This document shows, in pieces, positions 28,234 to 37,996 of a stretch of DNA of 64,000 nucleotides. Numbering within the stretch: position 1 is the first letter of the stretch; every line of letters begins with the position of its first letter. The DNA comes from Candidatus Latescibacterota bacterium. Its GTDB lineage: Bacteria; Latescibacterota; UBA2968. Below the pieces are notes generated by a model. The model did not search any database. It was not told the DNA's origin and saw nothing but the letters and a program-made list of their open reading frames with translations. Made by a program: the position numbers and the translations under genes. The DNA lies in contig JAYODI010000001.1 of assembly GCA_038279365.1 (NCBI GenBank), positions 1 to 64,000 of the forward strand, read 5' to 3'.

Positions 28234-29987
28234 TATCTTCTGATGGCCGTTATGGTGAGAATGAGAGCGGCAATGCTTCCCGAAACGGCTAAGACTTCGC
28301 GGAAAATGCGATACCCTTGGCCTGGTGTCTCTACTTTTGTGGGAACGTGAATGGCATCACCAGGGTCTACGGCGGTGGTTAGGTCGCCTTTGATGGTGGT
28401 TTCGGTATTGCCTTTGATTAAAACGATGCCTTTGATGCGCGCCCGATCAGTAAAGCCGCCTGCTGCTTGAATATAGTGTTCAATGGTGGCTGTTGAATCG
28501 TAGGGAATGTTGGCTGGTGCTTGCACGGCACCAGAGACCCGTACCGAAGAAATAAAACGTGGTATGCGAATAATGTCGTCATCAAGAAGCGTAATGTCGG
28601 GGCTGTTTTCGTCGGCCATAAGTTTGTTAAAATCGATGGGCAAACGCCCCGAAACCTGTTGGGTTTTTAAGATGATAAGGGCTTCTTCTTCGTCTGTGCG
28701 CTGGTTGCGTGGCACGGCCAATAAGCGTGTGAGCACCACATCTTCTTCTTCATCTACTTGGTTTTTATAATTGACCTTACGAATCAATGAGGCCTGTGCC
28801 AAGGAGGCTTCGGGTTTTGTTTGGGCTCTTTTTAGCAATTGCCTGAGTGTGAGCCCATTTTCAATGGGATAAGCACCCGGAAAGCGCACTTCTCCGTCGA
28901 TATAAACCCAGCGTTCTTCGCCCAAGACGTAGAGTTTGTCATTGGCTTGCAAAAGCATGTTGGCCGAATTTTGTTGTGTGGTATCTCCCTGTTGTATTTT
29001 GGCGAGGTCTATGGGAATGGGTGTCCAATCGCCATTAGACGCCAGCCTCAAAAGTTGTGCCTGTTGGGTTTGGGTCGGGTTTTTGAACCCACCGCCCAAT
29101 GTAATCAAGTCTAAGATGCGATCTCCGGGTGAAAATTCATAATTACCAGGTCGATAAACAGCACCTGATACATTGATCGAATCTTGAAGCGGTGGAATAA
29201 AGATTTGGTCACCATCGAGCACATAGGGGTTGTATTGTTCTTTTCCGGTCAAATTCCACAAAAGCAAATCGGCGTGCCGATCAGATGGCACCCATTGTCC
29301 GTTGCGTAAGTGCCTAATTTGAATGTTGCGCATAGAGGCGCGTTTGTTGGGTTCTTCAATTAAACCGCCTGCACGCACAATGAGCTCAGAAACTTGTTCA
29401 ATGCCATTAACACCATATGCGCCCGGAAATTGTACTTCGCCATGTACATTAACGGGGAATGAGCGCAACCGCGACAATGAAATGGTGATGGCAATTTGTT
29501 GAAAATTGTTTGTTACGGCTTCTTGTATGATTTTTTTGGTTTGTGCCAGTGTGTGTGTGGCGACTGGAATGGCACCTATGTTGGGAATAACCAAGTCACC
29601 ACTGGCACCCACGACTAGTTCTGTGGCTTCAAGTGTTTCACCCGAACCCCAAACAACGGTGAACATATCGCCTGGGCCTACAATATAACGCCCTGATTGA
29701 ACAACCGACTCATAGGCCGCTTTGCCAATGCTGGTAATTTGAACCGGTGACACACCCATGTCTTCGAGTTGGGTGGCGCGGTCTTCTAAGGTTTGTTGAG
29801 AAAAGGGTTGTTGGGTGCCTCGACGGCGGTCGGTCGATTCTTCTTTTTTGTCGCGGGTGTTGCTTTTGCGCCGGCTTTGTGCGTGAAGGGCAATGGGTTC
29901 CAACAGCATGGCCAAAACAAGTGTGGCAGTAAGAACCGCATAGATGCGACGTAAGAAGCCTTTGGGCTGTGTCATTTGAGAAATCAT
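28233..29987 (-). CDS. Polysaccharide export protein with SLBB repeats (Wza/KpsD-like)
   Basis: YIVGPGD; repeated V.GEV.FPG.Y / AGG / GD.I.IP. Start ATG 29987 overlaps the thrB stop (ATGA). Confidence 0.85.
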   Translation of the reverse strand: MISQMTQPKGFLRRIYAVLTATLVLAMLLEPIALHAQSRRKSNTRDKKEESTDRRRGTQQPFSQQTLEDRATQLEDMGVSPVQITSIGKAAYESVVQSGRYIVGPGDMFTVVWGSGETLEATELVVGASGDLVIPNIGAIPVATHTLAQTKKIIQEAVTNNFQQIAITISLSRLRSFPVNVHGEVQFPGAYGVNGIEQVSELIVRAGGLIEEPNKRASMRNIQIRHLRNGQWVPSDRHADLLLWNLTGKEQYNPYVLDGDQIFIPPLQDSINVSGAVYRPGNYEFSPGDRILDLITLGGGFKNPTQTQQAQLLRLASNGDWTPIPIDLAKIQQGDTTQQNSANMLLQANDKLYVLGEERWVYIDGEVRFPGAYPIENGLTLRQLLKRAQTKPEASLAQASLIRKVNYKNQVDEEEDVVLTRLLAVPRNQRTDEEEALIILKTQQVSGRLPIDFNKLMADENSPDITLLDDDIIRIPRFISSVRVSGAVQAPANIPYDSTATIEHYIQAAGGFTDRARIKGIVLIKGNTETTIKGDLTTAVDPGDAIHVPTKVETPGQGYRIFREVLAVSGSIAALILTITAIRR

Positions 29988-30883
29988 AAAATGACGGCTC
30001 CATCGGTGTCGATGTTTAAGACATGAAACGAGGCTTGGATGTCGTGCTGTTGCCATACCTGTATCATGGCCTGTCCAATAGCTTGTGCATTTTGAGTGGC
30101 AAAGGCCATGAGCGTGGGGCCTGCGCCAGAAAGTGCGGCCCCCAATGACCCTGCTTTTAAGGCGGCGTCAATGACATCGTAAAAGTGGGGAATGAGGTGG
30201 GCCCGATAGGGTTGATGGAGGCGGTCTTGCATGCCTATTTTGAGTTGGTCTAATTTGCCCGACATGAGTGCTGCGGTAACCAAACACGCACGGCTGATGC
30301 TAAAGACGGCATCTTGAAGAGAAATGTCTTTGGGCAAGGCTTTTCTGGCATCAGATGTTTTGAGTTCAAATTGGGGAATGGCCACAACGGCTTGTAGATC
30401 TTTGGGTGGGATGGCGCGTACACAAGCCACCTCTGTGTTATCGACAGTGGACATGGTGAGGCCACCCAAAAGACATGGAGAGACGTTGTCTGGGTGGCCT
30501 TCTATTTCTGTGGCAATATTGAGCAATGCTTGTTGAGCAAGGGGGCGGTCAAAGATGTGGTTGGCAGCGATGACTCCGGCAACGATGGCGGTTGAACTGC
30601 TGCCCAAACCCCGTGCCAACGGAATGTCATTTTTCATGTGGATGCTAAGGCCTGGCAATGTTTTGCCCAGTTTTTGGGCTGTAAATTGAGCTGCTTGGTA
30701 AAAGAGGTTGGTTTCGTCGGTGGTGAGCAGGCCTTTGCCTTCGCCTTCAATGGTAATTTGGAGGCCTGATGTGGATTGGGTTTGGATATCTAAATAATTG
30801 TAAATAGAGAGTGCCAAACCCAAGGCATCAAAACCTGGGCCGAGGTTGGCGGTGGAGCCTGGGGTGCGCATTTGAAATTTCAT
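29984..30883 (-). CDS. thrB: Homoserine kinase
   Basis: STANLGPGFDALG, PLARGLGSS, EGHPDN, DRLHQPYR, SGAGPT. Confidence 0.95.
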   Translation of the reverse strand: MKFQMRTPGSTANLGPGFDALGLALSIYNYLDIQTQSTSGLQITIEGEGKGLLTTDETNLFYQAAQFTAQKLGKTLPGLSIHMKNDIPLARGLGSSSTAIVAGVIAANHIFDRPLAQQALLNIATEIEGHPDNVSPCLLGGLTMSTVDNTEVACVRAIPPKDLQAVVAIPQFELKTSDARKALPKDISLQDAVFSISRACLVTAALMSGKLDQLKIGMQDRLHQPYRAHLIPHFYDVIDAALKAGSLGAALSGAGPTLMAFATQNAQAIGQAMIQVWQQHDIQASFHVLNIDTDGAVIL

Positions 30884-31986
30884 TAAAGTGCTTTCACGAG
30901 TTCGGTGCAAACCGCATCGGCAACCAAGAGGCCTTTGCGGGTTAAGCGAATACGGTTTTGGTGATTTTCGAGTAAATGGTGTTTGAGCAAGTGTTGAAGC
31001 TGAATGGGTGTGTGTTGTTCCAGCAAGTGTACGTCTATCCCTGTTTTGCGACGCAAACCGAGCATAATGGTTTCAAGCAGTTGTTTTTCCGAATCAATGG
31101 TTTCTGATGATGCAATGGCCAAGCCTGTGTCTTGTACTGATTGCATATAGGCTTGTAAGTCTGTGATGTTCCAAATGCGTTTGTTATTGATAAAGGAGTG
31201 TGCCGATAGCCCCACCCCCAAATAGGGTGAACCTTCCCAATAACTTTGGTTGTGACGTGAGGCAAACGTGGGGCGTGCAAAATTTGAGATTTCGTAATGT
31301 TCGTAACTGGCTTTTGTGAGTTGATCTATGGCATCGAGATACATATCTGATTGTGATGTTTCATTGGGCAAAGGCAATTGGTGTTTTTGAAAGCGTCGAT
31401 CAAAGTTCGTACCTGATTCTACGGTAAGCCCATAAACCGAGATGTGTTCGGGGTGCAGTGCAATTGCTTTTTGCAAAATCTCTTGCCATTCTTGGCGCGT
31501 TTGATTGGGCGCACCAAATATGAGGTCGATGCCTATGTTATAAAACCCTACACGACGTGCCGTATCAATGGCATCTAAGGCATCTTGGGTGTTGTGAAAG
31601 CGGCCCAAAGCCTTGAGGGCACGATCTGTAAGCGCCTGTATGCCCAAGCTGAGTCGATTGACACCTGCTTGTTGGAGTGCTTCAAAAGAGGCTTGGTCGC
31701 CGGGGTTGGCTTCTACCGTAATTTCTGCCTCATCGTGCAGGTTTGGCACGGCCTGGATGATTTGTGCAATATGTTGAGGCGGGATGTGAGAGGGGGTTCC
31801 TCCACCAAAATAAAGGGTGTCAAAAATAGGCTCGGTGTTTAGGCTGGCCAGTTGTGTTTGTAATTCGCGCACAATGGCTTGTGTATATTGTTCTGCCAAA
31901 TGGGTTTGACGCACCACAAATGCAAAGTCGCAATATGGGCACCGCGATCGACAAAATGGAATGTGTATGTAAAGGCCAAAAGACAT
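30883..31986 (-). CDS. hemW: Radical SAM heme chaperone (HemN-like)
   Basis: LYIHIPFCRSRCPYCDF, GGGTPS, EANP, YEISNFA, HN.SYW. Confidence 0.9.
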   Translation of the reverse strand: MSFGLYIHIPFCRSRCPYCDFAFVVRQTHLAEQYTQAIVRELQTQLASLNTEPIFDTLYFGGGTPSHIPPQHIAQIIQAVPNLHDEAEITVEANPGDQASFEALQQAGVNRLSLGIQALTDRALKALGRFHNTQDALDAIDTARRVGFYNIGIDLIFGAPNQTRQEWQEILQKAIALHPEHISVYGLTVESGTNFDRRFQKHQLPLPNETSQSDMYLDAIDQLTKASYEHYEISNFARPTFASRHNQSYWEGSPYLGVGLSAHSFINNKRIWNITDLQAYMQSVQDTGLAIASSETIDSEKQLLETIMLGLRRKTGIDVHLLEQHTPIQLQHLLKHHLLENHQNRIRLTRKGLLVADAVCTELVKAL

Positions 31987-32033
31987 AAAAAGGCAAATGA
32001 GGAATTACGAACGTTGTAGGGCTTCGCCTGTGC

Positions 32034-32076
32034 AAAATTAAAAATGTGATAAGCAGTCTCATTCATTTTTAATTTT
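32034..32076. repeat. AT-rich heptamer-type inverted repeat
   Basis: AAAATTAAAAATG…CATTTTTAATTTT. Confidence 0.55.
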
Positions 32077-32079
32077 AGA

Positions 32080-32844
32080 TTACTCTATAATCATGCCAAG
32101 TCTTGTCCAGCGTGTGCGGGCAGGAAAGTGCATGATGTTATAGAAAAGCAGGTTGGGAATGGATGCAAGACTGCTGTATATGGGGGCATTATCATCTGGT
32201 GCCCACGACCAATACAGCATAAATGCTTGACCGTGTATCAATTCGCGATTGAGAAAGCCCCAATATCGACTGTCTTCGCTGTTGTCTCGGTTATCACCCA
32301 TTACAAAATAGTGACCCTTAGGCACAATGGCAGGGCCATAATTGTCGCGAATACTGTTTGGGTCATTGCTTTTTATAATGCGTGGATCAATATACTTTGA
32401 TTTGGCAGGGTCTATGGTTCGTTTGCCATCGACAAAGAGTATTTTGTTTCGCACTTCAACCGTTTGCCCAGGGCCTGCAATAAGGCGTTTGATAAAGTCT
32501 CTGCTGGGATCTTCTGGATATTGGAAGATGATAATATCATTGGGTTGGGGATCGCGCAGGGCAGGTAGCCGTGTGTTTGTAAATGGTACTGGGGCACCAT
32601 AAATAAACTTGTTGGCCAATAAAAAATCGCCAATGAGCAATGTGTCTTCCATAGAGCCAGAGGGGATGCGGAAGGCTTGCACGACAAAGGTGCGAATAAA
32701 GAGAGCTAAAACAACGGCAAAGACGATGGCTTTGATGTATTCTGCAGTCACCGATAATTCTTTGGATGGTGTTTGAGTTGTAGGTTTTTTGGCTGGGCGA
32801 CGTGTGGTGCGTTTGGTTTTTTTTGTTGGTAAGGTTTTGGCCAT
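32080..32844 (-). CDS. lepB: Signal peptidase I
   Basis: PSGSME (Ser), FIKRL (Lys), GDNRDNSEDSRYWG. Confidence 0.95.
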   Translation of the reverse strand: MAKTLPTKKTKRTTRRPAKKPTTQTPSKELSVTAEYIKAIVFAVVLALFIRTFVVQAFRIPSGSMEDTLLIGDFLLANKFIYGAPVPFTNTRLPALRDPQPNDIIIFQYPEDPSRDFIKRLIAGPGQTVEVRNKILFVDGKRTIDPAKSKYIDPRIIKSNDPNSIRDNYGPAIVPKGHYFVMGDNRDNSEDSRYWGFLNRELIHGQAFMLYWSWAPDDNAPIYSSLASIPNLLFYNIMHFPARTRWTRLGMIIE

Positions 32845-32929
32845 GATGGGCTTTCAGTGGTCAGCTTTTTTAGCGGTCAGCTTGATATTACCACGTCAGA
32901 AGCTGCCTGCTGATACAAATGGGCTTCTA

Positions 32930-34729
32930 TTACGTTTCCATGCTTAAAACAGCGAGGAAGGCTTCCTGTGGAATTTCGACACTGCCAACTTGTTTCATGC
33001 GCTTTTTGCCTTCTTTTTGACGTTCGAGCAATTTGCGTTTGCGGCTGATGTCGCCGCCATAACATTTGGCGGTCACATTTTTGCGGAACGGGCGCACGGT
33101 TTCGCGAGCAATAATTTTGGCACCAATGGCAGCTTGAATGATCACTTCAAACATTTGGCGAGGGATGAGTTCTTGTAGTTTTTGACACAGTGCCCGCCCC
33201 CACTCATAAGATTTATCGCGGTGTACAATGGCCGATAAGGCGTCTACGGGATCACCGTTTATAAGAATGTCGAGTTTTACCAAATCGCCAGCCTGATGGC
33301 TTTTGTACTCATAGTCAAATGAGGCATATCCACGGCTGACAGATTTGAGCCTATCGTAAAAGTCGAGCACAATTTCGGACAATGGCAAATCGTAGCGCAA
33401 CAGGGCGCGCGTGGGGTCGATGTACTCGGTGGTGCGATAACGGCCTCGGCGCTCTTGTGCAATGCGCATGACGTTGCCCACATAGTCTGATGGCACAAGA
33501 ATTTGTGCATCGAGCATGGGTTCGGCAATTTGTTGAATGTTGGCTGGAGATGGCATTTCGGCTGGGTTTTGAACCGTGATGAGTTCACCATTTGTGAGGG
33601 TGACTTCATATTCGGCATTGGGCACGGTGGTAATAATTTCCATGTCAAATTCACGTGCCAAGCGTTCTTGCACAATTTCCATGTGAAGCAACCCTAAGAA
33701 CCCACACCGAAACCCAAAACCCAATGCCGTTGATGACTCGGGTTCGTAGCGCAACGATGCATCGTTTAAGCGCAATTTTTCGAGGGCGGTTCTTAGGTCT
33801 TCAAAATCGTCGGCACTGATGGGATAGATACCTGCAAAAACCATGGGTTTTGCTTCTTTGTAACCTGACAAAGCTTCGGCGGCTGGGTTGTTGGTGTCTG
33901 TGACGGTATCTCCCACGCGGGCATCTTCGAGGTCTTTGATGCCTGCAATGAGATAACCCACCTGACCTGCGTGTATGGCATTTTGTTTGATGCGCCCGAG
34001 TTTGAGCGTGCCAATCTCTTCGGCTTCATATTTGAGTTTGGACGACATGAGTGTGATGGGCATGTTGGTTTTGAGCGTGCCTTCAAATACACGCACATAT
34101 GCAACGGCCCCTCGGTATTGATCAAATATGGAGTCAAAGATGAGTGCTTTGAGCGGGGCATCTGCTTCGCCTTTGGGCGGAGGAATTTGATCGATCACAG
34201 CTTTGAGCAAGCCGTCTATGCCAATGCCCATTTTGGCACTGATTTTCACAATTTCTTCTTCTTCTACACCCAATAATTCGTGCAGTTGCATCACCACGCG
34301 ATCTACCTCGGCTCCTGGCAGATCAATTTTGTTGATCACTGGGATAATGGCCAAATCGTGATCCATTGCCAGCAATACGTTGCTCACTGTTTGCGCTTCA
34401 ACACCTTGTCCGGCATCAACAAGTAAGAGGGCGCCTTCACAGGCTGTAAGGCTGCGAGAAACTTCATATGAAAAATCGACGTGGCCGGGGGTGTCAATGA
34501 GGTTGAGTTCATAAGTAACACCATCGGGCGCTTTATAATCCATGCGGATGGCATGTGACTTAATGGTGATGCCACGTTCTCGTTCCAGGTCCATGCTGTC
34601 GAGTACCTGGTTTTGCATTTGCCGTTTGGTGAGCGTTTGGGTTTGCTCAAGCAAGCGGTCTGCCAAGGTCGATTTTCCGTGGTCGATGTGCGCGATAATG
34701 GAGAAGTTGCGAATGTGTTGAAGGTTCAT
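32930..34729 (-). CDS. lepA: Elongation factor 4
   Basis: [39 protein letters not shown]. Confidence 0.98.
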   Translation of the reverse strand: MNLQHIRNFSIIAHIDHGKSTLADRLLEQTQTLTKRQMQNQVLDSMDLERERGITIKSHAIRMDYKAPDGVTYELNLIDTPGHVDFSYEVSRSLTACEGALLLVDAGQGVEAQTVSNVLLAMDHDLAIIPVINKIDLPGAEVDRVVMQLHELLGVEEEEIVKISAKMGIGIDGLLKAVIDQIPPPKGEADAPLKALIFDSIFDQYRGAVAYVRVFEGTLKTNMPITLMSSKLKYEAEEIGTLKLGRIKQNAIHAGQVGYLIAGIKDLEDARVGDTVTDTNNPAAEALSGYKEAKPMVFAGIYPISADDFEDLRTALEKLRLNDASLRYEPESSTALGFGFRCGFLGLLHMEIVQERLAREFDMEIITTVPNAEYEVTLTNGELITVQNPAEMPSPANIQQIAEPMLDAQILVPSDYVGNVMRIAQERRGRYRTTEYIDPTRALLRYDLPLSEIVLDFYDRLKSVSRGYASFDYEYKSHQAGDLVKLDILINGDPVDALSAIVHRDKSYEWGRALCQKLQELIPRQMFEVIIQAAIGAKIIARETVRPFRKNVTAKCYGGDISRKRKLLERQKEGKKRMKQVGSVEIPQEAFLAVLSMET

Positions 34730-34788
34730 GGAGTTTGAGCTTTGCCAATAGAATGCAAGTGTAAGAAAGTCAATAATGTAGAGCGTAA

Positions 34789-34817
34789 AATATACCGTGT
34801 TGGTGGGGGGAAGTCAA
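34789..34817 (-). promoter_or_regulatory. Sigma70-type promoter for the lepA operon
   Basis: Minus strand TTGACT-17 nt-TATATT. Confidence 0.55.
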
Positions 34818-34880
34818 TAAAGACGTGAAATCGGAGATTGGGACACGTGTATTGGTGGGGGTGGTTGGCTTTAAGAACTC

Positions 34881-34916
34881 AAAAGCCTCGCATAATGAAT
34901 CATTTGCGAGGCTTTT
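34881..34916 (-). terminator. Intrinsic terminator after the carbonic anhydrase gene
   Basis: AAAAGCCTCGCA…TGCGAGGCTTTT. Confidence 0.7.
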
Positions 34917-34941
34917 CTTTGGGCAATGGTTGAGGCGTTGT

Positions 34942-35718
34942 TTAGTGCAAAATAGGGCGTGCATTGAGTGGTTGGATGGGGCGGTTGTTTTTGTGCATGA
35001 CTTTTGAAAAGGCATCCATTTGGCTTTGTGAGGCTGTGATGGGGTTTTTCATCACGACCCAACGCACACCTTCTGAGCAGGGAGGGGTCGTGAGGGAGCC
35101 GTTGTAGCGATAATAGCTTTTGCTTTCGGGCAACAGTGCAGTGGCATTTATTGATGTAAGTGTCTGTTTTTCATTTGCATACTGGGGCATTTTTTGAATA
35201 ATTTGATCCAGTGTTGTGTTTTGGGCACCGATTTCAAACATAATACCAACAACTGCCAAATTGCCTTGGGCGTTTGCATGAACGAGATGCACTTCTAATG
35301 GAAAGTATTTGCCATTAATTTGATGCTCGCTCGATGCGTGGAAGTGAAATTGTTTGAGTTCAAAGTTATTGCCTTCAAGTGTGATGTTGCTGCCTGCTGA
35401 ATAATTGGCTTGAATGGTGTGGCCATTGTTCCATATTTCGGTTGTTCTTGTGGCATAATCAAAGCCAATGGGTTGTAGATCGGCATTGATGGAACGGGTG
35501 ATATTGATGGGGGATTGGTTTTGGCCTTTGGAACACCGCTCGAACTGAGGAGAGAGCATACCCCAAACATTGGGTTCGCCTTCTCCAGTATACCCCCAAT
35601 GAGATTTTTCGTGTGCTGTATGTGGCTTTTCAGCGGCCACATGGCTGTTTTCTTCTGCACAAACCACTCCGGTTAATAAGAAGCAAGTGCAACATAAAAG
35701 GCTTAAAATACGCATCAT
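34942..35718 (-). CDS. cah: Alpha-class carbonic anhydrase, secreted
   Basis: Signal peptide; HWGY, QSPINI, QFHFH..SEH, EVHLVH, GSLTTPPCSEGV, NNRPIQP. Confidence 0.93.
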   Translation of the reverse strand: MMRILSLLCCTCFLLTGVVCAEENSHVAAEKPHTAHEKSHWGYTGEGEPNVWGMLSPQFERCSKGQNQSPINITRSINADLQPIGFDYATRTTEIWNNGHTIQANYSAGSNITLEGNNFELKQFHFHASSEHQINGKYFPLEVHLVHANAQGNLAVVGIMFEIGAQNTTLDQIIQKMPQYANEKQTLTSINATALLPESKSYYRYNGSLTTPPCSEGVRWVVMKNPITASQSQMDAFSKVMHKNNRPIQPLNARPILH

Positions 35719-35920
35719 GGAATCTCCCTATCGTTATAAATAATGGGTTTGCATTGTTTATAAAAACGCATAAAGAAAATATATAAGTATGCCTTTGGTG
35801 ACAAGTCTTATAACCATAGCGCCCTGGATTGAACAGATATGAAAAGAGAGCCGAAGATGTGATGTTTTTACTTATTTCGCTCGGGGGTTCACGTGTGGTT
35901 TCAGGGTCGTGTATCTCAAG

Positions 35921-35950
35921 TTGACAAGTATAAAAATAGAACGGTATATT
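35921..35950 (+). promoter_or_regulatory. Sigma70-type promoter
   Basis: TTGACA-18 nt-TATATT upstream of 35995. Confidence 0.45.
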
Positions 35951-35994
35951 GCTGGCGAGTTGACTTAATTTTTTGACACTTAACAAAGAGGTGA

Positions 35995-37104
35995 ATGGTG
36001 AAAATTGAAGCGGCAGAAATTCGATATGTGGAATTGCCATTGATCAGTCCGTGGCGCACGGCCTATGGTGAAGATGCGACCATTCATTCGGTGATGGTGC
36101 GTTTAGAAAGTGGTGGTGAATCGGCATGGGGAGAGGCAACACCTTTTTATGCACCCACTTATTCTCCAGAATCGGCACGGTCTGTGTATGAAACAGCGCG
36201 TGAATTCTTTTTGCCTCGTTTGGTCGGAGAGACTTTGGATACTGCGGCAGAGGTGATGGCTCGGTTGGCCGTATTTAAGGGGAATCCATTTGCAAAAGCA
36301 GCTGTAGAAACGGCGTGGTGGGCATTGGATAGCAAGTTAAAAGGTGTGCCACTGTGGCGTGCATTGGGGGCAACAGAACCTGTTGTGCGTTGTGGTGCTG
36401 ATTTTGGTGTGCAAGATACCATTGATGAATTGTTGTCACTTATTCAAACAGCCGTAGATGCCGATTATCCGCGTATTAAATTGAAGGTGAAACATGGGTG
36501 GGATGTGAATATGTTGGAAGCCGTGCGTGGTGCGTTTCCCGATCCGGTGATTCATGTGGATTGTAATTCAGGATATGATTTGAAAGCCGACATAGACACG
36601 CTCAAAGCATTTGACCGGTTTCATTTGGCAATGATAGAGCAGCCATTGGATCATGTGGATTTGATTGATCATGCCGAATTGCAAAAACAAATTGAAACGC
36701 CTGTGTGTTTGGATGAATCTATAAAACGCCCACGTGATTTTGAACTGGCATTGCGTGTAGGTGCGTGTCGGGTGGTAAATGTAAAACCGGGGCGTGTGGG
36801 TGGGTTATATCATGCCATTCAGATTCATAACATGGCCGTTGATGCGGGCATAGATGCGTGGGTAGGGGGTATGTTGGAAAGTGGTGTGGGAGCTGGTATT
36901 TGCGCGGCTTTGGGGACCTTGCCTGGGTTTAATTATGCGGCCGACGTTTTTCCATCGGCTAAGTTTTATACCGAAGACATTGCAAATCGGTGGATTGAGC
37001 AAGATGAAAATTGCAACGTGGTTTTGGATGAGACCCCAGGCGTAGGATTTGAGCCTGTGTTAGAACGGTTGGAAAAGGTGACGGTAATGAAGGCGATGAT
37101 TTAA
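35995..37104 (+). CDS. menC: o-succinylbenzoate synthase / N-succinylamino acid racemase (NSAR/OSBS), enolase superfamily
   Basis: RIKLK, DCN, IEQP, LDESI, NVKPGRVGG, GGMLESG. No men genes nearby, so a racemase role is plausible. Confidence 0.8.
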   Translation: MVKIEAAEIRYVELPLISPWRTAYGEDATIHSVMVRLESGGESAWGEATPFYAPTYSPESARSVYETAREFFLPRLVGETLDTAAEVMARLAVFKGNPFAKAAVETAWWALDSKLKGVPLWRALGATEPVVRCGADFGVQDTIDELLSLIQTAVDADYPRIKLKVKHGWDVNMLEAVRGAFPDPVIHVDCNSGYDLKADIDTLKAFDRFHLAMIEQPLDHVDLIDHAELQKQIETPVCLDESIKRPRDFELALRVGACRVVNVKPGRVGGLYHAIQIHNMAVDAGIDAWVGGMLESGVGAGICAALGTLPGFNYAADVFPSAKFYTEDIANRWIEQDENCNVVLDETPGVGFEPVLERLEKVTVMKAMI

Positions 37105-37114
37105 TTTTTCAAAT

Positions 37115-37996
37115 TTAGAGGTCAGGAAAACGTTCGACGTCAACGGAAACATCGAGTTTGTGTTTGCCACTGCCAACAATGACCCCTTTTAGGGGGGTGG
37201 CATCGGCAAAGTCGCGCCCCCACGCAACCGTTATGTGTTGGTCAATGGGCATGACGTTGTTGGTGGGGTCAAAATCTACCCAACCATTTTCAGGAATGTA
37301 AACAGAAAACCAGGCATGGGACGCATCGGCGCCGATGACGCGTTCTTTTCCGGGGGGGGGGATGGTTTCGAGATACCCACTGATATAACGAGCGGACAAA
37401 CCCAATGAACGCAAACAGCCAATGGCCAAATGGGCAAAATCTTGGCACACCCCTTGTTTGTGGGTTAATACTTCAGATAAGGGGGTGGAGATGGTGGTAA
37501 AGCCTGGTACATAATCAAATTCGGAATAAATGCGTGCGGTTAAATCACGCACGGCTTCAATAAGTGGTTTGTCTTTGGTAAAACACGGTTTGGCATATTG
37601 GGCCAAACTGGTATCGCCTTTTATTTTGGGAGAATCAAGGGCAAATTGGCGTACTTCAAGCAAATGTGGATCGGTGGTGGTGCGCAAATATTGACTGACC
37701 TTTTCCCAAGATATGGTTGAGATGTTGTCGTGGTTGGTATATGTGACAATGCGCACTTTGCTGGTGGCTTTAACACTGAGTTGGGTGTGTGGTGTTTCGA
37801 GTACAAAATAGGTTGTACGATTGCCAAAAAAATCTTCGTGTTCGCGATACGCAACGGGTTTGGGTGTCACTTCCAAAAGGCTTTCGAGACACGTTTGATT
37901 AAAAAAACTACGTGGGGTAAGGCGTGCTTCGTTGTGACATAAACTGACGGGTTCGCTGTATTGATAGCGCGTGTGATGGGTGATTGTGTAGTTCAT
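37115..37996 (-). CDS. Transglutaminase-like protein (Bact_transglu_N + core)
   Basis: GVCQDFAH, RYISGY, SHAW, FDPTN, GRDF.D. Confidence 0.92.
   Translation of the reverse strand: MNYTITHHTRYQYSEPVSLCHNEARLTPRSFFNQTCLESLLEVTPKPVAYREHEDFFGNRTTYFVLETPHTQLSVKATSKVRIVTYTNHDNISTISWEKVSQYLRTTTDPHLLEVRQFALDSPKIKGDTSLAQYAKPCFTKDKPLIEAVRDLTARIYSEFDYVPGFTTISTPLSEVLTHKQGVCQDFAHLAIGCLRSLGLSARYISGYLETIPPPGKERVIGADASHAWFSVYIPENGWVDFDPTNNVMPIDQHITVAWGRDFADATPLKGVIVGSGKHKLDVSVDVERFPDL

Noticed and set aside
35995-37104. Menaquinone biosynthesis locus
   Set aside because: No other men genes are adjacent; NSAR/OSBS proteins often act as racemases.
37352-37360. G9 tract as a phase-variation site in the transglutaminase gene
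   Set aside because: It is in frame and encodes the normal IPPPG motif; no sign of disruption.
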